This document shows positions 35,210 through 47,061 of a stretch of 64,000 bases of DNA, piece by piece. How positions within the stretch are numbered: the first letter of the stretch is position 1; each line of letters begins with the position of its first letter. The DNA is taken from positions 49,939,713-50,003,712 of the forward strand of contig NC_057719.1 of assembly GCF_004010195.1 (NCBI RefSeq), written 5' to 3'. The notes under the pieces were generated by a model. That model ran no database searches, was not told the origin of the DNA, and worked only from the letters and a program-made list of their open reading frames with translations. The DNA comes from Chiloscyllium plagiosum (Eukaryota). The translations under genes were made by a program, and so were the position numbers.

Positions 35210-36960
35210 TATCCCACTGTGTATCCTGGACCCATCCCATTGTTGTGTGAAAATGCTTTGCTCTCATCACATTTGCTATGTTTGTAAGTCATTTGAAATC
35301 TGTGTCTTTTCATTTTTAATCCTTTTACCAGTGGGAACAGTTCCTATCTACTCTATCTAGACCTCTCAATTTTGTGAACTTCTTCCAAATCTCCTCTGAG
35401 CTGTCTTCTCTCCACAAAAGACTGTTTAAAGAACAATCCCAACATCTCCAAACAACACTGAACTGAAGTTTCACATTTCTGGAACAATTCCTGCAATTCT
35501 CTTCTGTACGCTCTCCAATATGTTCATATCCATCCTATGGTTTGGAACCTAGAACTATACACAATGCACCACTGAGATCTAACAAGAGTTAAGCCTTCTT
35601 TCAGCATTTCCTCCATCCTTCTGTATTCTATTCTGCTACTAATAAGCCCAGGATACTGTATGTTTTATTTACTGCTTTCTCCACTGATCCTGCCACCTTC
35701 AATAATCTAAGCACATAAACACCTAGGTCCTCTACTCCAGCATACCTTCAAGAACTTTTCACCGTGCCGCCCTTTAGGGCAGCACGGTGGCACAGTGGTT
35801 AGCACTGCTGCCTCACAGTGCCAGAGATCCGGGTTCAATTCCCGCCTGGGGCGACTGACTGTGTGGAGTTTGCACGTTCTCCCCGTGTCTGCGTGGGTTT
35901 CCTCCGGGTGCTCCGGTTTCCTCCCACAGTCCAAAGATGTGCAGGTATTGGCCATGCTAAATTGCCCGTAGTGTTAGGTAAGGGGTAAATGTAGGGGTAT
36001 GGGTGGGTTGCGGATCGGTGTGGACTTGTTGGGCCGAAGGGCCTGTTTCCACACTGTAAGTAATCTAATCTAATCTAATCTAAACTGTACTCCTTCTTTT
36101 ATATTGCCCATGTTCATTCTATCAAAATGAATCACATCACAATTCTCAGTCACCAATCTGCCCACTCCACCAAACCACCAAGTGGTCCTTTTGAAATTCT
36201 ACATGTCCTCCTCACACTTTATAATGTTTCCAAATTTTGTATCATCTGCAGCCTTGACAGTGCTCCTTTTACGCCACTGCACACTTTTTTTCTTCATCTT
36301 AATTTCTATCTCCTTTGTCATCCTATCATTACACTCACCATTTCTTTTTGAGTGAACATACTGTGAATATGCATAAACCATTTCCTTTTTGAAGGTAGCC
36401 CCTTGTTATGGTAGTTTTTCTTGCCAATCTTTTGTTCCACTCTAACTGGTCCAGCTCCATGCTTTCTCCAGTGAAAACAGCTTTCTCATAGTTAATGATG
36501 CTTACTCTGAATTGCCTATTATGCTTTTCAAATCATTCATTCAAAACCTTACCATGCAATAGTCATTGCTTCCTAAATGGTCCCCCTCTTCAACCAAGTG
36601 TCCAGGTAATTCCAAAGTCTAGATCCAACAGTTCATCCTGTTTTGATGAAATGGCTATGTACTGCTGTGGAAAACTTATCTGAACATAATCTAGGAATAT
36701 TTGCTCTTCTACACACTTTATATTAACATGTCCCAAACTATATTTGGGTAGTTAAAGTACTCCATTATAACTACTCAATAATATTTTCATATCTTTGTAA
36801 TTTCCCTGCAGAATTGTTTCCACTAGTTGACGGTCCACAGACTACACTGAGCAATGTAACTGCATCAGTTTTGTTCCTTAGCTCTAGTCAAATTGATTCA
36901 AAGGACTGAATACTTAACGACACCCTCTTTTACAAGTACTGCAAATCCCATCTTCTCCAA
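35210..36960 (-). mobile_element. Old CR1 LINE fragments interrupted by the SINE at 35777
   Basis: AADDTKFGNIIKCEED and other decayed CR1 remnants on both sides of the SINE. Confidence 0.65.
35777..36083 (+). mobile_element. Young full-length HE1-type SINE with (AATCT)n tail
   Basis: A box tggcacagtgg, B box gggttcaattccc, CpG-rich; short TSD-like aact at both ends. Confidence 0.95.
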
Positions 36961-37064
36961 AACTGTTGTTGGAAAATAGGATCCCCTTTAAACAGACTTC
37001 TTTCCTTGTACTTCTGATGAAGTTTAACTGCTCTTTTAGTAGTAATTAGCCTCCCAAAAACAGA

Positions 37065-37450
37065 TAGAACAGAACTGTAGATGCTAAAATCTCAAACAAA
37101 AATTGCTGGAGAAACTCAGCAAGTCTGGCAACAGGAATGGAGAGAAAACAGAGTTAACATTTGAGTTCAGCGACCCTTTGTCAGCTAGGAAAAGGGGTAG
37201 ATACGACCGAGAAAAAAGCTGATAATGTAGAGAAGCACGTCATGGGCTAGGGTGTGGGGATGGGTGAAGTACGTTGAGGAAATTCAGAAAGTACACAATG
37301 TTCAAAGTCTAAAATTAAAAGAAATGAAACAAAGAACTATGGATAATGGAAATCTGAAACAATAACAGAAATTACTGGAGAAACTTAACAGGTCTCACAG
37401 CATCTGTGGGAAGAAAGCACAGTTAAAATTTGAGTCCAGTGACTCATCAA
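37065..37450 (-). mobile_element. Two decayed Penelope-like pLTR remnants
   Basis: aattgctggagaaactcagcaagtctggca...agagttaacattt appears near 37100 and again near 37370. Confidence 0.6.
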
Positions 37451-37679
37451 ATGAAGAGTGATTGAGGACAAAACATTGTGTATTTTCAAGAAGGTGGCAG
37501 ACATAGCTTTTAGGGCTAAAATGGATCAAGGGGGAGAAAGAGGGTGGGTTTAAGGTATTGAGCTCCAATGGCCACCATGATCATACTGAATGGCCAGGCA
37601 GGTCGAAGGAGTTGAAAGGACTCCTCTGTTTCTCTGTAAGTTTGATGCTATCTTCTTTGATTAACCATGGCCAGTTTAT

Positions 37680-39000
37680 CTTCTTCCTAGGATCCCTCTG
37701 TCTCACTTGGTTATATATTTGTTGTGAGTCATAAAACTACTTAATCCTTTCCCTGTCCACTCTGCCCACATCTCTGTGTAATCCTTCCTTATGTTTAGCA
37801 CAGTTACTTCCAACCTAAGTTCCTCATCAAACTAAATGCTAAGTTTTACCTTGTTACAGCCACTGTTCCCAAGAACCTTTTACTCGGATCATTTATTACA
37901 CCTAACTCATTATCATTTCCAAAACAGTCTAATCCCTGGTTCAATACACAACATATTGTTCCAGGAAACTGTCCTGAATACACTTCATAAATTCTTCCTT
38001 GTTATTACTTTTGCCAATTTGATTTTCTTAATCTACATGAAGAATAAAAAGGCACCCATGATTAATCATAGAATCCCTACAGTTTGAAAGCAGTCCAGTC
38101 ACATCTATCCACAAAACAGCATCTCAACTCCCACCCCTTCTAACCAACCATCTATTTCCCATGGCTAATTCACCTAGCCTGCATGTCCCTGGAAACTATG
38201 GCCAATTTAGCATGACCAATCCACCTAACCTGCACACTTTTAGACTGTGGGAGGAAATTGGAGCACCCGGAGGAAATCCATGTAGACACAGGGTGAATAT
38301 GCAAACTTCACACAGATAGACAATCACCTGAGGGTAAAACCAAACCTGGTTCCCTGACACTGAGGCAGTTATGGTAACCACTAAGCCACTGTGCCACCTT
38401 GCTTTACTAAGGTACTGCCTTTCTTTCACATGCCTTCATAATCTCCTGCTTTATTCTCTACCCTACAGGGCAGTTACTGCTGAAGAGCCTATAGACTATT
38501 AGCACCGGTGTCTTTTCCCCCTTATTAACTCTTAACTCCACCTATATGGAGTTTACATCATCAGATCCCGGATAATTTCATCCTATCACACTTATTCCAT
38601 CCCATACTAACTCCAATATCCTTCCCTTCCTGCCCATTCTCCTTTCTAAAGAAATGTCACATAACCCTAAATATTTAGTTTCCAGCTTTGATCTCCTTGT
38701 AACCACATCTCCGTAATGGTTATAAGATCATACCTATTAACCCCTACTTCTGCTATCAATACCTACATTTTATTCCAAACATAATGCTCATTTAAGAGAC
38801 ATTAACTTTGCCTTTTCACCATTTTTACCCCTCTGATGTTCTTGCTTTTTTTAATGTTTTGATACTCATTATACTCACTTTCTGCCCCACTTTGGGTATC
38901 ATTACCAAAATAGTTGCCCTGTAAGGTCACCATATCCATTTGCCTAGTATGCTTACATTTACACCTTCCGAAATCCTTTGGTTCTCATATCTGCCCCATC
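37680..39000 (-). mobile_element. Old CR1 endonuclease-region remnant interrupted by an HE1 SINE
   Basis: Similar to 26900-27600; decayed. Confidence 0.55.
38065..38397 (-). mobile_element. HE1-type SINE, older copy
   Basis: atcatagaatccctacag tail; reverse-complement body and head. Confidence 0.85.
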
Positions 39001-39124
39001 TACAGTCACAGCTCAGACCACTCACCCCTCTCCCACTCAGCTCACAAACACCTTGTGGCACACAAATGGTCAAGGTGGAAGGATAAATATTAAGATCTCT
39101 GCTTGACCTCACAGTTTGATTTGC

Positions 39125-39450
39125 TTGGTCGGCTATGATTCAGTTGGCAGCACTCTTGCCTATGGGTTAGAAGACTGTCTTTTTATGTAGATAAGATAAA
39201 CAGAAGCCCCATCTACTTTCTCAAGTGGACGTGTTGCCAAGAAGAGCAGGGGAATTATCTTGGCTAATATTTATCCTTCCAATAATGATTATTAAAAGCA
39301 ATTATCTAATCATCATTACGTTGTTGTTTGCAGGAACTTGCTGAGCATAAAGTGATTCCCATACTCCTTACAACTTTTAAAGTGGCTGGAAATACTTTTG
39401 GACATTGTGGTTGTGAAAGGTGCCTGAGAAGTATGCAAGTCTTTGTGTCT
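39125..39450 (+). mobile_element. Deu-domain SINE (SacSINE1/AmnSINE-like)
   Basis: cagttggcagcactcttgcc head, gaagagcaggggaatt, ggctaatatttatcc, and gtgaaaggtgc...atgcaagtcttt tail. Family call from memory of the consensus. Confidence 0.6.
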
Positions 39451-39675
39451 TTTCAATCAATTTGCATGTAGAATAAATGATCTGTTTTTCCATTTGAGAT
39501 GAAATTTTGAACATTATCATGTGGCTCAGTTTAATGAACCTTCAGAAATGGGAATGACAGATTGACATGATATCTAATGTTGGGGGCCAAATAAATAACC
39601 AAAGCAAACAAAGGAAAAGTATGATCTGTTACAGAGTGCATTGTAGGTTTCTCAAGATACTTTTCTGGCAGTTAC

Positions 39676-39810
39676 CTTTGTTTCACGTCTTTTGAAAACA
39701 CTTTTCCTCTTCCGATTCATCACCTTGAAACTATAGAGAGCTCCTAGGATGAAGAGTGCCCCTGCCACGCCAACAGCTACAGGCACTAGCATCCCAGACA
39801 TATAACCAGC
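39676..39810 (-). CDS. ARMH4: ARMH4 transmembrane exon (135 nt, 45 aa): AGYMSGMLVPVAVGVAGALFILGALYSFKVMNRKRKSVFKRRETK
   Basis: gattgcag|GCT...ACAAAG|gtaact; open frame, phase 0/0. A hydrophobic helix is followed by a basic stop-transfer segment. Closely matches the ARMH4/C14orf37 TM region as I recall it. Confidence 0.95.
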
Positions 39811-40207
39811 CTGCAATCATACAAAAGGTTTAAAAATGTGTCATGACACTTAGTCACTACTTTCCCTGCAGTTTAATTTTGGATAGTGAAATATTTTATT
39901 CCGAACTTTCAGGTTTTAATTCTGAAATGTATATAATTTTGTTCAGATTCTATTCAATTTACAACACAGACTCAAAAGTCAAATATGTTAACCCAGACTC
40001 TGGTAGAAATAACATTGAGATTAACAGCATTCAGCAAGATTTAAGAGTAAATCAAACCACAATTGTCAGCATCTACATTTGTGTAGTTAAGTATAGGTGA
40101 TCTCTTAGTTACCTGGCTTCTCCACGACCTTCATTATGTTGCTATCTTGCTCAGACTCACCAATTGAAACAAATGCAAAAGGTTTATAACTGTGCTACCA
40201 ATGTGAC

Positions 40208-40241
40208 TGACAGACAGACACACACACACACACCCACCCAC
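40208..40241 (+). repeat. (GACA)n/(CA)n microsatellite in the 628-nt ARMH4 intron
   Basis: tgacagacagacacacacacacacacccacccaca. Confidence 0.8.
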
Positions 40242-40438
40242 AGGATAATTATTTCTGTCCTTTCAACTATAATGGAACTAAGCAGTGTTTAAAACAGTAA
40301 GAATGAAAAGGCAAATGTGACTTCTTTTAAATGAATCTTTAACATTGCAGAACATCAAAATGCGAGACAGCTCAGTGCTGAACTGAAGCATGGAATAAGT
40401 GTATGGGCCCAAATCAAAAATCATCCCAAGGCACTTAC

Positions 40439-40470
40439 TTTGTCTTTGATTTTCTCCAGCCAGTTTCTTA
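40439..40470 (-). CDS. ARMH4: ARMH4 32-nt coding micro-exon, (x)RNWLEKIKDK; starts in phase 1, ends in phase 0
   Basis: Minus strand reads ctattcctttttcag|TAAGAAACTGGCTGGAGAAAATCAAAGACAAA|gtaagt, with a strong acceptor and donor. The peptide resembles the juxtamembrane VRSWMEKLKDK I recall from mammalian ARMH4 and joins the next exon in frame. Confidence 0.9.
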
Positions 40471-43470
40471 CTGAAAAAGGAATAGATTAAAATAGTTGTA
40501 TTACTGAATATAAATATTATTTGATGCAAATATTAGAGAATGGTGAATTTCTTTATTTTATGCCAAAATTTACTGAAAACATCATTAGAACATGTCAGTG
40601 GCTTTAACACTGAATCAGAAATGGCATAGCCAATGGCTAATAGATTGATTTTGCACATTGCTTAATTGGAAAATAATTCTGATTGCCTTAGAGTGCCTAT
40701 AAACCCTAATCTTATATTGCATTAACAAATAATAGTCAGCAAAGACCTTGCTATTACTAGGTTAAAATATTCTTCCCCTCAAGTTTAAAATTATAAAATT
40801 ATTACTCAGAAATTAGGCTTATTTATTTCAGAACTAACACATTGAAGATAACTTGTAACAGAATTTGTAAAGATGCTTTGAGTGTTTCTTAATAACTCAA
40901 TTTGTCTTTCATTTTGTACCTAAAGACCAGAGGTACAGATGATTTCACTACCTCAATAAGTAAAATGGAGAAAGTTAATGAGATATAAGCACTCACCGTT
41001 AGGCATCTGCCATTCCTTACTCAGTTATACTTTATTGAGGTGACAATTAGATTCTTGAGGGAGACACTGTATGCTCTCTTACACAAGGTGAATCAAATTA
41101 TTGTCTTCAGTTTACTTGCCCAGATGAGCAGTACTGCAAGATTCAGGACCATAATTTTACACTGTGGTCCAATTCCAATCCATGCTACTATGAATCATTA
41201 TCAGGATACTGAGAGATGGGAATAATTAGAATTGAGCACACCCTTTGGAGATGATCAACATAAGATTTAGCTCTTATACTGGTAGTATTGAAGTACCAGT
41301 CTCAATAACAACAAAATAACAGCAAATATTCCATTACTCTGCTCGTATTACAAGGGAATGATTACAATGGCAAATGTTGTACCTCACTGGCAGTGCTCTG
41401 GTCAATAATGCACTTCTTGCTGTGTTCAACTCTATGCCTTTGAAGTGAGGAATTATAACTATGTTTATGGGTCTGAGGATTCTCTTTCAATGGATTTTGT
41501 TGCACTCTAAATATGAATAATGAGGCATCAGAAGGAAACATTTTAAAGAAGCACATAAAATCATATTGCTGAGAGATCTTCAACACCAGTATTTTTCAGT
41601 TTAAGTAACAGTAGTGTGAACAGTGGTGGTGCAGCAAAATTTGCAATCAGCATTAATTTGAATGGAGTTGTGGCAATGATATTTGCTTTCTAGCTACTTT
41701 TGCTGAAGATTAACAACAATGTGACCCAGAAATTATCAGGTAGCATAAGCGATGATATAAATTATTCACAGCATTATTGCCAAGAATGGCTGTACAAGAA
41801 TAACACGTTCAGAGATGTATCTTTTTTACGGCACAAATTTACAACAGTTTATCTGCATTTTAAAAGCTATCAATCCTTTATATATTTGATCAAAATGCTG
41901 GTGCTTCTGAAATCCAATCATCTACAGTTAATTAGTGAGAATTGCTGAGTATTGACTGCAAATTACATAATTCATTATTTGAAAATGAATTCAAAGGACA
42001 CATTTGCACTCATATAATTCTGTACTAATTGAAGTTGGTGTACACAAAGTGTAAAAATATTGAATTCCCTTTTCTGGAATCAAAACACTGCTGTAGTCAT
42101 CAGCAAAGGTCCATGTAAGTGGAAGACACCACTGAACTTAAATCATTGGCCATGAAACCTGACCTCATTTTACTCAGTTTTTCAGTGTGACAAATGCTGT
42201 TTTACCTGCAAAATGGCAAAAGTTGTCATGTTAGAGAGAGAGAATGTTCATGCATGCAGGAAGCCTCCAGAAGAATAAGGTAGGATAGTCAGATCAAGAC
42301 AGTAATTGGTATATGACTCTATTTGACAGCAGGCCTGCCAGTTGGAGCTTAACACTTCAATGATAATCTCTCATAACATCACATAGCTGAACACAACATT
42401 CAGTGGCAGAAACAACATCCCTTATCCCATCCACATCACCAAAGCTTTGAAAGGATTATCAAATTAAATAACAGGTTGGTTATTGATTGAGTGCTATTAA
42501 TTCTTGCTATGATTTTTTGAAGTGCTTATTGGTTTCTGGAATAGTTTAAAATTGCTGACTAGGTGAAGCCTGCAACTCATGAGACTGAAACTTTGCCATT
42601 TTGCCATCAAACTCAACTGCAGCTAGATTACCTATTGGAGCACTGAGCTCACAATTATGTATATTTACTGGTACACTTAGGAGTGACCATGTCCAAGAAT
42701 CAGTTTTTGTTGACTATAATGACAAAAACATTATTTGCTTTAGTTCAAAGCCTTTTTAAAAAAAAATCAAGGCACTGCACTACCCTTACAAGAATAAAGA
42801 AGCCCTTCTACAATGATAAAGTACTTTGGTGAGAGTACACCCAGAATATCGTGTACTTCATTGAATTCTTTATCTAAGGAAAAACATACTTGTCTTAGAA
42901 AAGATGCAACACGGGTTCACTAGATTAATTTTGGAGATTGTCAGTTCCTTTGTTACATACAAACATAGAAACATATGAGTCAGGAGAGGAGTTGGCCATT
43001 CAGCCCTTTGACCCAATTCTGCTATTCAATAAAATTTTATTGCAACCTGAAATCCACATTCCCACCTTCCCCTTATAACCTTTAACCTCTTGCTTAACAA
43101 GAATCTGCCTCTGCCTTAAAATTACTCAAGGACTCTGCTTTCATTGCTTTTTCACGGACAGTTCCAAAGATCTCAAAAAATTTCCCCCAAACTGTTAAAT
43201 GGGCGACATCTGAATTTTATACAATAATAGCTAGTTTTAGATTTTAGCATAAGAAGAAACAACCTCTTCACATCCACCCTGTCAAGGTCCTTTAGGATCT
43301 TATATGTTTCAATCAAGTTACTTTTTACTCTAAACTCTAACGGGCAGGCTTAGACTATCTGATTTCTCATAAGACAATTCTCCCATTCAAAGTATTAGTC
43401 TACTAAACCATATCTGAACTGCTTCCAATGCATTAATATCCTTCCTTAAACAAAAAGGTAACCAATACTG

Positions 43471-44324
43471 TTTAGGGTGTAAGTTTGCTCGCTGAGCTGT
43501 AGGTTTGATATCCAGATGTTTCATTACCTGGCTAGGTAACATCATCAGTGGCTACCTCCAATTGAAGCGAAGCTGTTGTCTCCTGCTTTCTATTTATATG
43601 TTTGTCCTGGATTCCTCAAGAACAAACCACGACAAGCAGACCAAACACAGCCAGAAACCCTAACCACCTTGCCATACATCAAAGAAGTTTCAGAAATGAC
43701 AGCCAGACTACTAAGACCCCTTGGAATCCTAGTAGCACACAAACCCACCAACACTCTCAAACAAAAACTAACAAACTTAAAAGACCCAGTACAACCCATG
43801 GACAAAACCAACGTCGTCTACAAAATTCCATGCAAGGACTGCCACAAACATTACGTAGGACAAACAGGAAGAAAGTTAGTCACCAGGATATATGAACACC
43901 AGCTAGCCACAAAAAGACACGACCCTCTCTCCCTCGTAGCCCTACACATGGAGGAAAAAAAACACCATTTGGACTGGAACAACACATCTATGCTGGGACA
44001 GGCTAAGCAAAGACATGCCAGAGAATTCCTAGAGGCCTGGCACTCCAACCACAACGCCATAAACAAACACATAGATCGAGATACCATCTATCAACCCCTC
44101 AGAAAACGAACAGGAAATGACATCACCACAAACCCCAGGAACCCCATCCAGGACAAACATATAAATAGAAAGCAGGAGACAACAGCTTCGCTTCACTTGG
44201 AGGTCGCCACTGATGATGTTACCTAGCCAGGTAATGAAACATCTGGATATCAAACCTACAGCTCAGCGAGCAAGCCTACACCCTAAACTTCAATCTGAGC
44301 TACAAAACTTCACAAACCTTGCAA
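43471..44324 (+). mobile_element. 5'-truncated Penelope-like element (Poseidon-type) with an open GIY-YIG frame and an inverted pLTR at its 5' end
   Basis: LPYIKEVSE...VAHKP...NVVYKIPCKDCHKHYVGQTGR...IYEH...REFLEAWH. 142-bp inverted arms at 43471-43612 and 44146-44287. TSD taaccaatactg(t) at 43459-43470 and 44325-44336. Confidence 0.92.
44207..44246 (+). ncRNA. Hammerhead ribozyme motif in the pLTR (mirror copy on the minus strand at 43512-43551)
   Basis: cca-CTGATGA-tgttacct-agcc-aggtaat-GAAAC-ATC-tgg; stems I and II can pair. Confidence 0.65.
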
Positions 44325-46433
44325 TAACCAATACTGTGCCTTGTACCCTCATGTGATCTCACCAGTGCCCTGCATAAGTGAAGAAAAACCACCCTCCTTT
44401 TGTATTCAATTTCTCTCACAATAAAAATTATTCTTTGAAATACTTGCTGTACCTGCAGACTAACTTTTTCACAATTCATGCATTCAGACATTGAGATCCT
44501 TCTGCATCTCAGCTGTGCAATCTCTCAACATTTAGATAGTATGCTTCTTTTATAGCTTTCCTCTCAAAATGGACCATTTCACACTTGCCACATTACACTC
44601 AACTTGCTACATCCTTACTCACTCACTTAACCAATTTATATATTTTTCTAACTTCTTTGTGTCCTCGTCCTAACTACATACTGCTATATTTTCATCACAA
44701 AATCTGGCAACCAAACCTTCCTTTCCTTCATCTAAGTAATTTGTATAAATGATAAACAGTTGAGCTTCCAGCAATCCCTCTAATACATTATATCTTGCCA
44801 ACCTGAAAAAGAAACATTTACACCTATTCTCTGCATCACATTAGCCAGCCAATCACCAAACTAAGCTAATATGCTAACCACCCCCCCCCCCCCCCCCCCC
44901 CAACATGACAACTGTTTTGATGTGGCACCTTACCAAATGCCTTCCACAAATATCAGTACAACCACTAGTTCCCCTTTGTCCACAGCATGTGTTAAGTCCT
45001 CAAAAGAACTCCAATCTATAACTTGGAGTAATAGCTTCATGCTCTCTATCCATTCCAGTCTGTTAATCATTTTCCATATTAATACTTTTCTCATTAGCCT
45101 GAACTCTGATTTACCACATCTGTCCAAGTTTTGTTGATCTTATCAAATGCTGTACAATTTAAAGAACCCCAATTTGAACCCCAAAAATCACACTCTACAA
45201 AATCTTCATCTTGCCAAAATTTTAAGAGTAACTAATTTCTGTGATATGATTCTTCCTTTTAGAAATGAGGATTAATTCTGATTTTGGCCCCTCAGCTGTG
45301 GCAAGTTTTTATCCCTTTCCTATTCCCTCATTCTCCACTCTGTCTGCGGGTAGAATGATTTGAATGTTTGCAAACAGGCTTCCAGCAACGTTTCCTCGTC
45401 TCTCCCAGAAGGAGTGTGGGGCAAACAACCACAAGCCTTGTACTGGCCACAGGTTTTCAATGTCTTGCTCACATTTTTGGTCTGGTGAATTAAATTTATT
45501 GCCTCATAATTGATTACGAGCCTTTTGGGCCTTTGATATCGAAAATACCTTTCCCAAGCCTCTGAAAAAGCAATTTATGGAGCACCTCAAAATCATTCAA
45601 AAGGATCGAGCTGCATTTCCAGGGATTGCAGTATCTCAATTTCATTGGTCATTTAGAAGCCGCAATAATCAACAGCATCTGAGTGATGTGACAACCAAAA
45701 GGACAATAATCCACAGATTTGCAGCGATATTCCCTGCATAAAAAAGTGTCAAGGCTAGGGAAGTAACAATAGGTAATGATATTATAAGAAAATTAGAGTC
45801 AACCTAACTGACTCTTTGAAAAAAAATGTCAGTGCATAAGATATAAAGAAAAATTGAACTGTGATCTCTATGGTATAACCCCCTCGTTTTCCCCCCTTTT
45901 AACCATGGCTTTAATAGCATTTGCAAATGATAAGCATTGCAACAAGCCTCCAGCATGGCACATTGCAGTCATTTTTGCCTGTTCAGTTCCCCTTGTCGGA
46001 GAGATGCACTGAACACTGCAGTACGCTCTTAACAAATTACTGCCCTGCAAGAATTTAAGTAGAATGTTACTGCAGTGCTCCCTTGTCCTTAATTCATTTG
46101 TTGATTTAACTTATACACAGGTAATTACACTATAGTTGCAGGTAATGTTGTCTGAGGTTAAATTCCATTTCAATAAACCATATTCTCAGCATACTGCAAT
46201 ACACTGACCAAGACAATACAGTTAAGTGGTTTGAAAGACTGCAATTTAACCTGGAGACTTAATTTCATTCAACACATCTTCCAGTCACTAAACTAAAAGA
46301 AAATTAGTTGTGGACAATCACTAAACTTCTGGCATCCTCTGATCTCCACCAATCCAGACTTTCAGATCAATAAGACACGATACACAATATTATTCTTCAC
46401 AAATGCTTCCCAACTTGTAAATACCAACAGACA

Positions 46434-47061
46434 GGGTGGAGTTTAATTCCCTGCCTCATGGCAGACTTAGTGGTGCTGAGGCTTTTAATCAGGTTGGAGA
46501 GAGGTGGACCATCCATTATCTATTTTTACCCCGATAAAGAACAGAGTAGCAAGGTTCATGGGTAACCTTCCTGCCCTGCCAGCAGGACAAATTAAGAGGG
46601 CAATTATTCATCCAGGGCCAGGTGGGGAATTCTCTCTGCAGGGAGGCTGTACCTTTGAGTTGGCTTGCCTGGTCCCATGGTGAGTTTCTCACAAAGGGAA
46701 TCAGTACCTGATTGAGGGACTGGGCACTGGAATACCCTTGGGGTCCCTTCAGAGCAACACCTTGTCTTGGCTGAAAATACCCTCCCCCTGCCATCACAAG
46801 CTCACCCAGTGACCATCATTCATTCATGGCTTGAGCCCCTCAATGATCCTAGGCCTCTGCAGAATTCATAGCTGGCACAGCCACCACCTCTCTGGCAACA
46901 CTGACTTATTGGTGGCTCTCAAGGGCTGGTATTTCCACTCTGTGTCCTAGGGGAAGGCCTGTTGATGATCAATTAGGCACTTAATATGGTGGTTATGCTC
47001 AGAATATGGCAGCTCTCCTGACATCAGACGAGAGCCTCATCACCTCCATTAAATACTGCCC
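46434..47061. mobile_element. Possible non-autonomous DNA transposon (MITE-like)
   Basis: GC-richer island with imperfect termini gggtggagtttaat and attaaatactgccc (10/14 inverted match). Confidence 0.3.

Larger units (their letters stand above)
42955..45130 (-). mobile_element. Old CR1 LINE split by the Penelope insertion at 43471-44324
   Basis: CR1 3' end near 42960-43470 continues at 44325 (FLHLCRALVRSH). Confidence 0.75.

Noticed and set aside
40090..40150. Possible extra ARMH4 exon ending CCAG|gtaact (reads RSWRSQ)
   Set aside because: There is an in-frame TGA immediately upstream and no good acceptor. The real micro-exon at 40439-40470 has strong splice sites and better similarity.
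40990..41025. Strong donor-like ACG|gtgagt preceded by KEWQMPN, as a candidate upstream ARMH4 exon
   Set aside because: An in-frame TAA lies ten codons upstream, there is no polypyrimidine acceptor, and no acidic-region similarity. The upstream exon probably lies beyond the window.
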